Below, piece by piece: positions 34,890-43,886 of a stretch of DNA of 58,823 bases. Source of the DNA: Meiothermus sp. GTDB taxonomy: Bacteria; Deinococcota; Deinococci; Deinococcales; Thermaceae. How positions within the stretch are numbered: the first letter of the stretch is position 1; each line of letters starts with the position of its first letter. The notes below the pieces were generated by a model. That model was not told the DNA's origin. It ran no database searches and saw only the letters and a list, made by a program, of their open reading frames with translations. The translations under genes were made by a program, and so were the position numbers. The stretch covers positions 1 through 58,823 of the forward strand of contig PSML01000003.1 in NCBI GenBank assembly GCA_040290145.1. The letters are read 5' to 3'.

Positions 34890-35378
34890 GTGGAGGCCTA
34901 CGTTGCCTTGGGCTCGAACCTGGGCGACCGCGCCGGGTATTTGCTGCTGGCCATGGCCCGCCTCTCGCGCCTCGGGCAAACCCGGCTGTCGCGCCTCTCG
35001 CAGGTCTACGAGACCGATCCGATCGGCCCGAGCGGTCAGGGGCCGTATCTGAACCTGGTCGCACAGATCGAGACGGGCCTCGAGCCTCGAGCTTTGATGC
35101 GAGCCCTCCTGGAGGTCGAGCAATCCCTGGGCCGAAAGCGCAGCCAACGCTGGGGAGCCCGCACCATTGACCTCGACCTGCTCCTCTATGGCGACCGGGT
35201 GATGAACACCCCTCTCCTCACCCTGCCCCACCCCCGCCTGCACGAGCGGGGGTTCGTCCTGGCCCCGCTCTGCGACCTGATCCCGGAGGCTTGGCATCCG
35301 ACTTTGGGGAAGACCTACCGACAGCTGCTTCAAGCCGTAGGCTGGGATGGGGTCCGGGTCTGGGAGAAACCGGCATGA
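34890..35378 (+). CDS. folK: 2-amino-4-hydroxy-6-hydroxymethyldihydropteridine pyrophosphokinase (HPPK)
   Basis: 162 aa, GTG start, conserved HPPK fold. Confidence 0.8.
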   Translation: MEAYVALGSNLGDRAGYLLLAMARLSRLGQTRLSRLSQVYETDPIGPSGQGPYLNLVAQIETGLEPRALMRALLEVEQSLGRKRSQRWGARTIDLDLLLYGDRVMNTPLLTLPHPRLHERGFVLAPLCDLIPEAWHPTLGKTYRQLLQAVGWDGVRVWEKPA

Positions 35379-35650
35379 ACGAGCGGCCGGGCTTTACCAT
35401 ACCCAAGGAGCTCGAGCCCTACCCCCGCGAGATCACCGTGGACGGGCTGCGCCTCCATCTCTACGACGCGGGGCGGGGCCCGGCTTTGGTCCTCCTCCAC
35501 GGCCTGGCCGATGAGGCCGATTCCTGGCGGCAGGTCATCCCGGTGTTGGCCCAGACCCACCGGGTCATCGCCCCCGATCTTCCCGGGTTTGGGCGTTCGG
35601 ACCGGCCCATGAGTACCGGCATCGCCGGGCCGCTGGGGCGGCTTCACTAG
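35375..35650 (+). pseudogene. Alpha/beta-hydrolase remnant (N-terminal 80 aa, then a repeat element carrying a stop)
   Basis: MNERPGF...LVLLHGLADEADSWRQVIPVLAQTHRVIAPDLPGFGRSDRP is followed by the 37-bp repeat, whose codons end in TAG. Fourteen in-frame codons follow (QERPGELVRLLLGE*) that resemble a hydrolase C-terminus. The nucleophile and catalytic core are missing. Confidence 0.55.
35611..35647 (-). repeat. Inverted copy of a 39-bp repeat unit (GTGAAGCCGCCCCAGCGGCCCGGCGATGCCGGTACTC)
   Basis: 37/37 identity to the unit that is tandemly duplicated at 49722-49799. Confidence 0.7.
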
Positions 35651-35697
35651 CAGGAGAGGCCAGGGGAACTGGTGCGCTTGCTGCTGGGTGAGTAGTC

Positions 35698-36939
35698 CTA
35701 CTGCCAGCGCTCTTCCGGCTCGAGCCCCCCTAACCCCCGTTTGATCTCCCCGATCAGGTACAGGCTCCCCGCCGCCACCACCAGCCCGTTGGGTGGAACC
35801 ATAGCCTGGGCTTTTTGCAGGGCCTCGAGCGGGTTTTCCACCACCTCCGCGCCCGGAAAGAAGGGGAGCAGTTCGGCGGGGGGCCTCGAGCGGGGGGAGT
35901 GGTAGCGGGTCAGGACCACCGGTCCCAGGTCGCCCAGGGCTTGGGAGATGGCCTCGGCGTCCTTGTCTTTCGACAGGGCCAGCACAAGCACCCGTGGCCT
36001 CCGGGGGAAGTGGGCCTGCAGCGCTTCGCGCAAGGCCCAGGCCCCTTCGGGGTTGTGGGCTCCGTCGAGGAGGAGATGGCCGAGCAACTCCAGCCTGCCG
36101 GGATGCCGCACCCGCTCGAGGCCCCGCCGGATGGCCTCCCAACCGATCCCCAACCTTCGCGCCGCCGCCGCCGCCAGGGCTAGGTTGCGGGATTGGTGGG
36201 AGCCCAGCAGGGAGGTCCGGAGCGCCTGGACTTCTCCATCTAGCTCGAGGGTAAACTCAACCCCCGCTTCACCCGGCCGGATCCCGTGAACCGAGAAATC
36301 CTCCCCCAGCACCCGGATCTCCGCCCCGACCTCGGCGGCACAGGCTTTCAGGGTCTCGAGCCCTTCCCCTTGGGCCCCGGTCAGGACGGGCTTGCCCGGG
36401 CGCATGATCCCGGCTTTCTCGCGGGCGATATGGGCCGGGGTCGGCCCCAGGATCTCGGTGTGGTCGAGGCCAATCGAGGTGATGAGGGAAAGCTCCGGCG
36501 AGGCGGCGTTGGTGGCGTCGAAGCGGCCCCCCAGCCCGACCTCGAGCACCGCCCACTCCACCTCCCGCCGGGCGAAGTGGAGCAAGGCCGCCGCCGTGGC
36601 GATCTCGAAAAAGCTAGCCTGGACCCCTTCGGCCAGCGGTTGGATCTCCTCCAGCAGGGCTTCCAGCTGGGCATCCGCGATCTCCGTCCCATCCACCGCG
36701 ATCCGCTCGTTGAAGCGCACCAGATGCGGGCTGGTATAGGTTCCAACCCGGTGCCCGGCGGCGCGCAGGATGCCCGAGAGGGCCTGGGTGGTCGAACCCT
36801 TGCCGTTGGTCCCCCCCACCAGGATGCAGCGGTAAGCCCCCTCGGGGTGATGGAGCGCCCTGAGCAAGACCCGGATGCGCTCCAGGCCCGGTTTCATGAA
36901 CATCTGCCGGGCCCGCAGCCAACCCAGTGAACTGGCCAT
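35698..36939 (-). CDS. folC: Dihydrofolate synthase / folylpolyglutamate synthase
   Basis: 413 aa with the Mur-ligase-type P-loop GGTNGKGST. Confidence 0.8.
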   Translation of the reverse strand: MASSLGWLRARQMFMKPGLERIRVLLRALHHPEGAYRCILVGGTNGKGSTTQALSGILRAAGHRVGTYTSPHLVRFNERIAVDGTEIADAQLEALLEEIQPLAEGVQASFFEIATAAALLHFARREVEWAVLEVGLGGRFDATNAASPELSLITSIGLDHTEILGPTPAHIAREKAGIMRPGKPVLTGAQGEGLETLKACAAEVGAEIRVLGEDFSVHGIRPGEAGVEFTLELDGEVQALRTSLLGSHQSRNLALAAAAARRLGIGWEAIRRGLERVRHPGRLELLGHLLLDGAHNPEGAWALREALQAHFPRRPRVLVLALSKDKDAEAISQALGDLGPVVLTRYHSPRSRPPAELLPFFPGAEVVENPLEALQKAQAMVPPNGLVVAAGSLYLIGEIKRGLGGLEPEERWQ

Positions 36940-36951
36940 CGGGGTCGGGGC

Positions 36952-37347
36952 TCAGGACTCCGGGTGCGTCCGGCACCGTTCGCACAGGCCGTGATACTCG
37001 AGGCTGGCGCCCTTGATCTGGAGGTGGGGAAACCGCGAGCGGACCTCGCTCAGCACGTCGGGTATGCGGGTATCCAGGTCAATGATCTCGCCGCACCGCT
37101 CGCAGATCATGTGCAGGTGGCCGTCGGTGTTGGCGTCGTAGCGCGTAGCCTCTCCGGCTCGGGTGAGCGGGATCAAGTAGCCCTCCTCGACCAGGGTATC
37201 GAGGGTGCGGTAGACGGTTCCTAGGCTGATGTTGGGCACCAGCTTGCGCACTTCTTGGTAGACCCAGGCTGCGTCCGGGTGGTTGTGGGCCCCTTTCACC
37301 ACCTCGAGCACCGCTCTGCGCTGACGGGTAAGCCGCTGCATCGCCAT
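36952..37347 (-). CDS. Fur-family metalloregulator (Fur/PerR/Zur type)
   Basis: 131 aa with a winged HTH plus HHxH...CxxC...CxxC metal sites. TATACT lies 10 nt before the ATG. Confidence 0.75.
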   Translation of the reverse strand: MAMQRLTRQRRAVLEVVKGAHNHPDAAWVYQEVRKLVPNISLGTVYRTLDTLVEEGYLIPLTRAGEATRYDANTDGHLHMICERCGEIIDLDTRIPDVLSEVRSRFPHLQIKGASLEYHGLCERCRTHPES

Positions 37348-37548
37348 CGCTGAGTAGAGTATAGCGAAGTCGGATGATAAACACCAGAATCCTGAGCGGA
37401 ATGCTGGGGATGGCCGGACGCAAGAGCCATCAGCCTTTATTCAGGATGCTGGACAATAGGTTCAACAGCGATGGGGTCGAAACGCTCCTAAGCCTTCCGA
37501 ACCCAAAGCGATGATCGAAGGCCCCATAAGCCCTTGAGCGTCTGGCCT

Positions 37549-38433
37549 TTAGCTCACCTTAGCCTGCTCGAGAATCTCCTTGCCCCCTTCGGCCAGCAAG
37601 TCCTGGGCCAGCTCGGCGCCCAGCACGGCGGCTTCCGCCGCGTCACCTTCGATCTCGCCCCGGATCATCTCGCGGCCATCGGGGGAGAAGACCCCGCCCT
37701 CGAGCCGCAGGGTTCCGTCATCCTCGACGAAGGCCAGGGCGGCTACAGGGGCCTCCAGACCCACCCCCAAGGCCGCCACAAAGGCCCGCTCGGCACAGAC
37801 CCGGTCGCTCGAGGGGCGGTGGTTGAGGCTGTAGGCCAGCTCCTCGGCGTAGTCGTCTCCCAGCCGCACCTCGAGCCCCAGCGCCCCCTGCCCCGGCGCG
37901 GGCAGCAGGATCTCCGGGTCTACGAACTGGTCAATGCGGTTGCGTAGGTCGAGCCGCAGCAGGCTTCCCGCAGGCATGATCACGGCGTCGTACTCGCCGG
38001 TGCCCAAAGCCTCGAGCTGGTCGTCCACGTCGCCTTTGATCTCGCGCACCACCAGGTCTGGGCGGTAGGCCAGAAGCTGGGCCTTGCGGCGCAGCGAAGG
38101 AGCCCCCACCACCGCACCCTTGGGGAGATCCTCCAGCCGTTTAGCGGTGCGCCCCACGAAAGCCTCGCGGGGGTCCACCCGCCGGGTCACGGCGGTGAGG
38201 TGAAGCCCGTCGGCCTGGGAGGGGGGCAGGTCCCGCAGGGCGTGCAGGGCGATATCGATCTCCCGCTCGCGCAGGGCATCCTGCAAGCCAGCGGCGGGGT
38301 CCTCGCTACGGTTGGTAATGGTCTTGGTCCTGAACTCGACCTCGGGCCAGTTTTCTTTCAGGCGTTCCACCACCCAGCGGGTTTGGGCCAAGGCCAGCAG
38401 GCTGCCCCGCGTGCCGATCACGATGACGCGCAT
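37549..38433 (-). CDS. hemC: Porphobilinogen deaminase (hydroxymethylbilane synthase)
   Basis: 294 aa. Starts [18 protein letters not shown] and has a C-terminal domain. Confidence 0.85.
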   Translation of the reverse strand: MRVIVIGTRGSLLALAQTRWVVERLKENWPEVEFRTKTITNRSEDPAAGLQDALREREIDIALHALRDLPPSQADGLHLTAVTRRVDPREAFVGRTAKRLEDLPKGAVVGAPSLRRKAQLLAYRPDLVVREIKGDVDDQLEALGTGEYDAVIMPAGSLLRLDLRNRIDQFVDPEILLPAPGQGALGLEVRLGDDYAEELAYSLNHRPSSDRVCAERAFVAALGVGLEAPVAALAFVEDDGTLRLEGGVFSPDGREMIRGEIEGDAAEAAVLGAELAQDLLAEGGKEILEQAKVS

Positions 38434-38441
38434 AACTTGAC

Positions 38442-38705
38442 CTATTGTAGCGGAAAGATTTTGCTTCGCCAGTCCTCGGGAATCACCCCCGCCTCTACCA
38501 GGAAGTCTTCACCCTCGCGCTGGGCCCGGCCGCTCTTCACCAGCTGGAAAAGCGTCTGGGTGATGTATTGCTGCACCCGCCGCAGGGGAAGCCCATCGGC
38601 CTGTAGCTCGGGGCGGTGCAGGTTCAGGAAAGCCCGGTGAAAGCCAGGGAGTTCGTTGAGGGCGATGCGGGATTCGACCTCGGACCAGCGGATGGGGCCG
38701 CTCAT
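38442..38705 (-). CDS. Hypothetical 87-aa protein, co-directional with and 8 nt upstream of hemC
   Basis: Start at the internal ATG 38705 ([26 protein letters not shown]...). No recognisable domain. Confidence 0.35.
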   Translation of the reverse strand: MSGPIRWSEVESRIALNELPGFHRAFLNLHRPELQADGLPLRRVQQYITQTLFQLVKSGRAQREGEDFLVEAGVIPEDWRSKIFPLQ

Positions 38706-38803
38706 AACCCATAGCTTAACCGGCGGGCAAAGGTGTGGGTCTCGGACGGGCGGTACGGCTTGATGGCACCCCCAGGTCAATCCGCCAGGTCTACCATGGG
38801 GGT

Positions 38804-39283
38804 ATGGCGCTCATCAAAGTAGCCCAGGGCGACCTCACCGAGTTCGCCGGGGAGGCCATCGTGAATGCGGCCAACAACCATCTCCAACTCGGTTCAGGGG
38901 TGGCGGGGGCCATCCGCCGCAGGGGAGGGCCTCAGGTGCAGGAGGAGTGCGACCGCATCGGCCAGATCAAGGTAGGGGAGGCCGCCCTGACCGGCGCGGG
39001 GAACCTACCGGCCAAGTACGTGATCCACGCCGCCGTGCTGGGGGATGAACCGGCTACCCTCGAGACCGTCCGCCGGGCCACCCGGAGTGCTCTGGTGCTG
39101 GCTCAGGCCAAGGGCATCAAAACCCTGGCCTTTCCCCTGCTGGGGACCGGGGTGGGGGGGTTACCGGTGGAGGCGGTGGCGCAGGTCATGCTGGAGGAGA
39201 TCAAGGCTGCCCCCGACACCCTCACCGTCACCCTGTACGGCTTCCGCCCGGAGGACGTGGAGGCCGTCCGCCGGGCCCTGTAG
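38804..39283 (+). CDS. Macro-domain protein (ADP-ribose/O-acetyl-ADP-ribose processing)
   Basis: Start at ATG 38804 ([37 protein letters not shown]). Has the macro-domain Gly-rich loop. Confidence 0.75.
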   Translation: MALIKVAQGDLTEFAGEAIVNAANNHLQLGSGVAGAIRRRGGPQVQEECDRIGQIKVGEAALTGAGNLPAKYVIHAAVLGDEPATLETVRRATRSALVLAQAKGIKTLAFPLLGTGVGGLPVEAVAQVMLEEIKAAPDTLTVTLYGFRPEDVEAVRRAL

Positions 39284-39332
39284 GCCCGGGCGAGCGTTGA
39301 GCATTCGCCGGTTTGCGTATAGCCTGGGGGCT

Positions 39333-40376
39333 GTGCGCCTTTTGCGCTTGCGGCAGTCCCACTTTCGCAACCTGAAGTCCCCGGAGTTTGCCCCTCCGCC
39401 GGGGCTTACCACGGTCGTGGGCGGCAACGCGCAGGGCAAGAGCAACCTGCTCGAGGCCATCTACCTGGCCCTGGGGGGCGAACTCAAAAACGGGCTCTCG
39501 GACCGGATCGCCTTCGGGGAGACTGAGGCCTGGGTGTATGCCGAGGTCGAGACCCAGTTCGGGCCCAGCCGCCTGGAGAACAAGCTCTCCATGCCCCGCC
39601 CCGGCGCAGCGGGGGGCCGCGAACTGTGGCTCAACGAGGGGAGCGCTAGCCTCAGGGAGTTCGCCCAGTTGCCGGGGGCGGTGCTGCTGGGGCCGGATGA
39701 CCTCGAGCTCGTCATCGGCCCGCCGGAGGAGCGCCGCCGCTTTTTAGACCTGCTCCTCTCGCGCTTCTCGGCCCGCTACCGCTCGATGCTCTCGGCCTAT
39801 GCCCGGGCCCTGCAGCAGCGCAACGCCCTGCTCAAGACGGGTGGCAAGGGGCTTGGGGTGTGGAACGCTGAACTGGCCAAGTACGGGGCGGAGATCCTCA
39901 GCCTGCGGCGGAGGATGCTGGGGAAGCTCGCCCCGCTGGCCCGCGAGTCCTACCGCGAACTGGCCCCCGGAGAGCTACACCTCGAGCTGGTGGAGACCGC
40001 CTCACCCGACGAGTTTCTCACCGCCCTGGAGGACACCGTGCCGCAAGACCTCGAGCGCGGCGTGACCAGCATCGGCCCGCACCGCGACGACCTGGCGATA
40101 CGCCTGGACCAGCGCGACGCCCTCAGGTTCGCCAGCCGGGGCGAGGCCCGCTCGATCGCGCTGGCCTTGCGTCTGGGCGAACACCGCCTGTTATGGCAGC
40201 ACTACGACGAGGCCCCGCTGCTGCTGGTAGATGAGTGGCACAGCGAGCTCGACCCACGCCGCCGCCAGGCCCTGCTGGGCTATGCTGAGAGCCTGCCCCA
40301 GGCCATTCTGGCCGGGCTCGAGGCCCCCCAAAACGGCGGAACGGTGTTCTGGATCGAGGCCGGGGTGTGGGGCTAG
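39333..40376 (+). CDS. recF: DNA replication and repair protein RecF
   Basis: GTG start at 39333 (MRLLRLRQSHFRNL). Contains GGNAQGKSNLLEAI (Walker A) and an ABC-type signature region. The ORF-track extension that overprints the macro gene is rejected. Confidence 0.8.
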   Translation: MRLLRLRQSHFRNLKSPEFAPPPGLTTVVGGNAQGKSNLLEAIYLALGGELKNGLSDRIAFGETEAWVYAEVETQFGPSRLENKLSMPRPGAAGGRELWLNEGSASLREFAQLPGAVLLGPDDLELVIGPPEERRRFLDLLLSRFSARYRSMLSAYARALQQRNALLKTGGKGLGVWNAELAKYGAEILSLRRRMLGKLAPLARESYRELAPGELHLELVETASPDEFLTALEDTVPQDLERGVTSIGPHRDDLAIRLDQRDALRFASRGEARSIALALRLGEHRLLWQHYDEAPLLLVDEWHSELDPRRRQALLGYAESLPQAILAGLEAPQNGGTVFWIEAGVWG

Positions 40377-40447
40377 AACGATACAAAAAGGACAACGGCA
40401 ACCCCCGTTAACCTACCTGGCCCCCGGTCCCCGTAAACTAGGCCCCG

Positions 40448-41263
40448 ATGGCTAGGCGTAGCTCCAACCTCCACCGGCCCGCCGAACTCCTGGGAAAAGT
40501 CCTCAAGACCCATGGCCTCGAGCCCGGATTCAAGCGGGGCAAGGTGCTGGCCCTTTGGCCGGAGGTGGCGGGAGAGATGCTAGCCCAGATGAGTGAGGCC
40601 GCCGGGCTCGAGGACGGAGTGCTCTTGGTCTACGTCCCCGACTCGGCGGCGGCCTTTCACCTCAAGTTTCAGCGCGAGGAGTTCCTCAAGCGCTACGAGC
40701 AACGCCTGCCCGGAGCCGTGACCGATATTCGTTTTCGGGAAAGGCGCTTTTTGCGCAAGGGTAGCGGCCAGGCCAAAGCCGCCCAACCGCCCCCCCTCTC
40801 CCCCCAGGAGGAATCGCATCTGCGGGCTCTGGCCGACAAAACCCCCGACGAGCTCAAGGCCGCTGTGTACCGGGCGGCCCAAGCGGTATTGCGGCGGCAG
40901 AAGCTCTCGCCGCACCCCCCTTGCCTGATCTGCGGCTCGCCCGAGCCCGAGAACCCCTGCAAAAGCTGCCAGCGCCTCCTGGAAAACCCGGCCATCCAGC
41001 GCGAGGCAGGCCGCCTCACGCGCAAGCCCCTGAACCCCCGGCTGGAGGGCGAACCCCTCCAGGCCGCCAAGTACCTGGCGCAGATGCGGCTCGAGGCCCA
41101 GCTCCGTGAGTTGCTCCCGCAGGTGGTCAAAGAGCCCAACCTGATCGTGGTCTTGCAGGACACCGCCCGCCGCTACCTGCAACTCTGTTCGGGGCAGTCC
41201 GAGGTCCGGTCCTACCTCCACCTCCTGCCGGAGACCTTGCGGCAGTTCCTCAAAGAGCTATGA
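40448..41263 (+). CDS. DUF721 (DciA-like) protein with a C-terminal CxxC...CxxC zinc-ribbon extension
   Basis: 271 aa. The N-terminal 100 aa matches DUF721 (LGKVLKTHGLEPGFKRGKVLALWPEVAGE...). Contains CLICGSPEPENPCKSC. Lies directly downstream of recF. Confidence 0.55.
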   Translation: MARRSSNLHRPAELLGKVLKTHGLEPGFKRGKVLALWPEVAGEMLAQMSEAAGLEDGVLLVYVPDSAAAFHLKFQREEFLKRYEQRLPGAVTDIRFRERRFLRKGSGQAKAAQPPPLSPQEESHLRALADKTPDELKAAVYRAAQAVLRRQKLSPHPPCLICGSPEPENPCKSCQRLLENPAIQREAGRLTRKPLNPRLEGEPLQAAKYLAQMRLEAQLRELLPQVVKEPNLIVVLQDTARRYLQLCSGQSEVRSYLHLLPETLRQFLKEL

Positions 41264-41271
41264 GCAGATCT

Positions 41272-41982
41272 CTAAAGCTCGTACTGGTGTCCGGTGAGGG
41301 CCAGCCGACGGCGGCGTTCTTCGTAGTCGGGCATGATCTTGCCCAGTAGGCGCCAAAAGGCCGGGGAGTGGTCGAAGACGAGCAGATGACAGACCTCGTG
41401 GGCTACCACGTAGTCGAGTAGGGGAGAAGGGGCCATCATCAGCCGCCAGTTGAAGCGGAGCTCACCCTTGAGGTTGCAACTGCCCCACCTCGAGCGCTGG
41501 TCGCGGATATAGACCGCGCAGGGGGCCCAGCCGATCTGCTGGCTGTAAAACTCCACCCGCTCGGGGATGCGCTCGAGGGCCCGGTCTTTGTACCAGGCCT
41601 CGAGGAGCTTGCGGGCGGTACTGGTCCTGTTCGCCCAAACCTGAAAAGCGCCGCCCCATAGCCGCACGGCGGGGCCTTCTTCCTCGAGGTAGCGCTCGAG
41701 GGTGTACTGCCGACCCAGGTATAAGAGCCCCTCCCCGGTTTCAAACCTGCGCCTGAGCGGCAAGCCCCGCTCGGCGAACTCATTCTGCTTTTCTACGATC
41801 CAAGGAGCCTTGGAGAGCACAAAAGCCTCCAGGGTTTCCAGGCGAACCCGGTGGGGGGCTGCCACCAGCACCCGCTCGGCGTCCACCTGGAGGCCTACGG
41901 TGCGCCGTCTCGAGCTGCGCCGGACCTCGAAGACGATCCGGCGCTGCCCAAACTTGACCTGGCCTCGTTCTCTATCCACCAT
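41272..41982 (-). CDS. DUF45/YgjP-like (WLM/SprT-type) zinc metallopeptidase
   Basis: Start at ATG 41982 (MVDRERGQVKF...). Has the HEVCH motif. Confidence 0.65.
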   Translation of the reverse strand: MVDRERGQVKFGQRRIVFEVRRSSRRRTVGLQVDAERVLVAAPHRVRLETLEAFVLSKAPWIVEKQNEFAERGLPLRRRFETGEGLLYLGRQYTLERYLEEEGPAVRLWGGAFQVWANRTSTARKLLEAWYKDRALERIPERVEFYSQQIGWAPCAVYIRDQRSRWGSCNLKGELRFNWRLMMAPSPLLDYVVAHEVCHLLVFDHSPAFWRLLGKIMPDYEERRRRLALTGHQYEL

Positions 41983-42337
41983 CCGCACAGTTCCCGCTCC
42001 TTTGGGCCAGACCCCAGGCCCAATCACGGATTCCCCTCGGCGAGCCGAGGTGCCCTTTGTTCTACAATCCTCCCACCCCCTCGGGCCAGAGCGCCCGCAC
42101 AATTAAGACTTTGTCAGCGCAGCCAGCTAAAAACGGCCGGATACGCCAATAACATAAATACCCCTCGGCCAAGGCCGGGCTGAGCTGTAAGGGATCCAAC
42201 CGCAAGGCCCCAGCAGAAGTCGCGCAGGAAGCTGGAGCCCTGGAGGTGGTCAGGCTGCTTTCCTAGAATTTCCCCGCACCCCGGTGGTACGGGCTCGAGC
42301 CTCCCCAACCGCAAGAGGCGCGGTGCGTTGGTCCGGG

Positions 42338-42727
42338 CTAGCGCCGCCCGCCCTTGCCCTTGCCCCTTCCGCCAGGCTTTTTGCCGCCCCCACCGCCAAA
42401 TCCGCCTGAGCCGCGCAAAAAGCTCTTGAGCTTGTTCTCGAACTCCGGCGCTTGACGTGGAAGCCGCTTGGGCCGGGGGGGTTCGACCGGGGCTGGGGTG
42501 AGTTCTTTGATGGAGAGGTCGAGCCGTCCCTTGTCGTCGCGTCCGAGCACCATCACCTGGATCACTTCCCCTTCCGAGAGGTGATCCCGCACGTTCTTGA
42601 CGAACTCGTGGGCGATCTGAGAGATGTGCACCAGACCGGACTCGCCGTTGGGTAGCTCGACAAAAGCCCCGAAGTCCATGATCCGCGTGACGCGGCCTTC
42701 CACGATGGCACCGGCTTCAATCTGCAT
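42338..42727 (-). CDS. S1 RNA-binding domain protein with a Gly/Lys/Arg-rich tail (YugI/GSP13-like)
   Basis: 129 aa with an S1 domain (GRVTRIMDFGAFVELPNGESGLVHISQIAHEFV). Confidence 0.75.
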   Translation of the reverse strand: MQIEAGAIVEGRVTRIMDFGAFVELPNGESGLVHISQIAHEFVKNVRDHLSEGEVIQVMVLGRDDKGRLDLSIKELTPAPVEPPRPKRLPRQAPEFENKLKSFLRGSGGFGGGGGKKPGGRGKGKGGRR

Positions 42728-43031
42728 TCAGTTTTTCCTCCTGGCCAAAGCCTTTTCTCTCGCCCCTGGGGGATCGAGGTCGTATATGCCCCGCAGAGGT
42801 CGAGCATGGGGAGTGGGGTATCTCACGACTAGCTCACTATAGCACGGAAAGGCCTGGGGTTCCGGGTGGCCCTGCGCAGCGAGACCGTGGGGAGCCCTCC
42901 ATCGGGCTATGTTGCTTGGCCTAGCGAACACTGGAAGGGGTGCATCCCACCGGGTCAGATCCAGCACCCGAAGGGATTTGTTGCGTAGGGCATGATCGGG
43001 CTGATGGTTCCTCCTAGAACATGTAGGTAAG

Positions 43032-43787
43032 GTGTACTCAACCCTTTGGCTTTTCCCCCTCGCCCTTCTGCCGGAAGGCCCGGCTTTTGGCCTTCTCCTG
43101 GCCAGTGCGGTCTTTTTGGGCTTGCCCCACGGGGGTGCTGACCTCCTGCTGGCCCGTCGGTTGGGCTATCCCCTCTGGGCTTTTGTGCTGGTCTACTTAT
43201 CCCTGGCCGCCTTAGCCCTTCTGCTCCTTTTCCTGGCCCCCGCCTGGGCGCTTTTGGGCTTCCTCCTCCTGGCCCTTTTCCACTGGGGCCGGGTGGAGCA
43301 GCGAGGCCCGCTGGGCTATCTGCGGGCGGGTATGGTTCTGGCCTTCCCCTTCTTTTTTCACCCCGCCGAGATACGTCCCTTCTTGGAGGCGTTTTCAAAC
43401 GGTTGGATCCCGCCCTCTGGGACTTTGCTGGTACCCCTGGTCTGGCTCTTGGTGCTCTCTTTCTTCCGCCCTCGCCCCTTGATGGAGTGGGTGGATACTG
43501 CCCTCCTGGCCCTCTTCCTCTGGCTGGCCCACCCCTACGCCGGGCTTGCTGGCTACTTTCTCTTTCAACACAGCCTGAAGAGCTTTCGCCTGGTGGGGGT
43601 TCGCAAAGGGGAGTGGAAGGAGGTCTATCTGGCCACCTTGGGGGCTCTCCTCCTGGCCTTTTTCCTTTGGCCCCGCTTGCCAGACTCGCTGGCTGCCTAT
43701 ATGGGGGCGGTCTACGTTCTTACCCTGCCCCATGTCCTCACCCTGGAGCTTTGGTTTCGTCGTGGTCCCGGTTTGGCCCGGACCTAA
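43032..43787 (+). CDS. Brp/Blh-family membrane protein (beta-carotene 15,15'-dioxygenase homolog)
   Basis: 251 aa with 7 TM helices. The conserved His-containing blocks LGLPHGGADL, LFHWGRVE and LTLPHVLTLELWF parallel the Blh motifs IGLPHGALDA, IHFGMADF and LTVPHMILIDFIF. Confidence 0.55.
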   Translation: MYSTLWLFPLALLPEGPAFGLLLASAVFLGLPHGGADLLLARRLGYPLWAFVLVYLSLAALALLLLFLAPAWALLGFLLLALFHWGRVEQRGPLGYLRAGMVLAFPFFFHPAEIRPFLEAFSNGWIPPSGTLLVPLVWLLVLSFFRPRPLMEWVDTALLALFLWLAHPYAGLAGYFLFQHSLKSFRLVGVRKGEWKEVYLATLGALLLAFFLWPRLPDSLAAYMGAVYVLTLPHVLTLELWFRRGPGLART

Positions 43788-43886
43788 GCCCGCCGGGCGG
43801 GCCCCCTCCCCCCTGGTCCGGCCGGTTTCCCACCCCATCTATGACGCTTTTGCACTTTGCTAACAGGAAAGTGTTATATTGGTCCT

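Noticed and set aside
39045-39332. ORF-track 5' extension of recF (443 aa) overprinting the macro-domain gene.
   Set aside because: The extension is Arg/Trp/Pro-rich junk. RecF homology begins at the GTG at 39333.
42103-42337. 235-nt gap between the S1-domain gene and the DUF45 peptidase gene, as a candidate small RNA.
   Set aside because: No terminator or recognisable ncRNA family signature. It is explained adequately by the DUF45 promoter and 5' region plus the S1 gene 3' end. The 66-aa ORF inside it has no support.
42824-42842. ACGACTagcTCACTATAG, which resembles the phage T7 promoter TAATACGACTCACTATAG.
   Set aside because: A 3-nt insertion breaks the contiguous consensus, and there is no phage context. 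Likely a chance similarity within a divergent promoter region.
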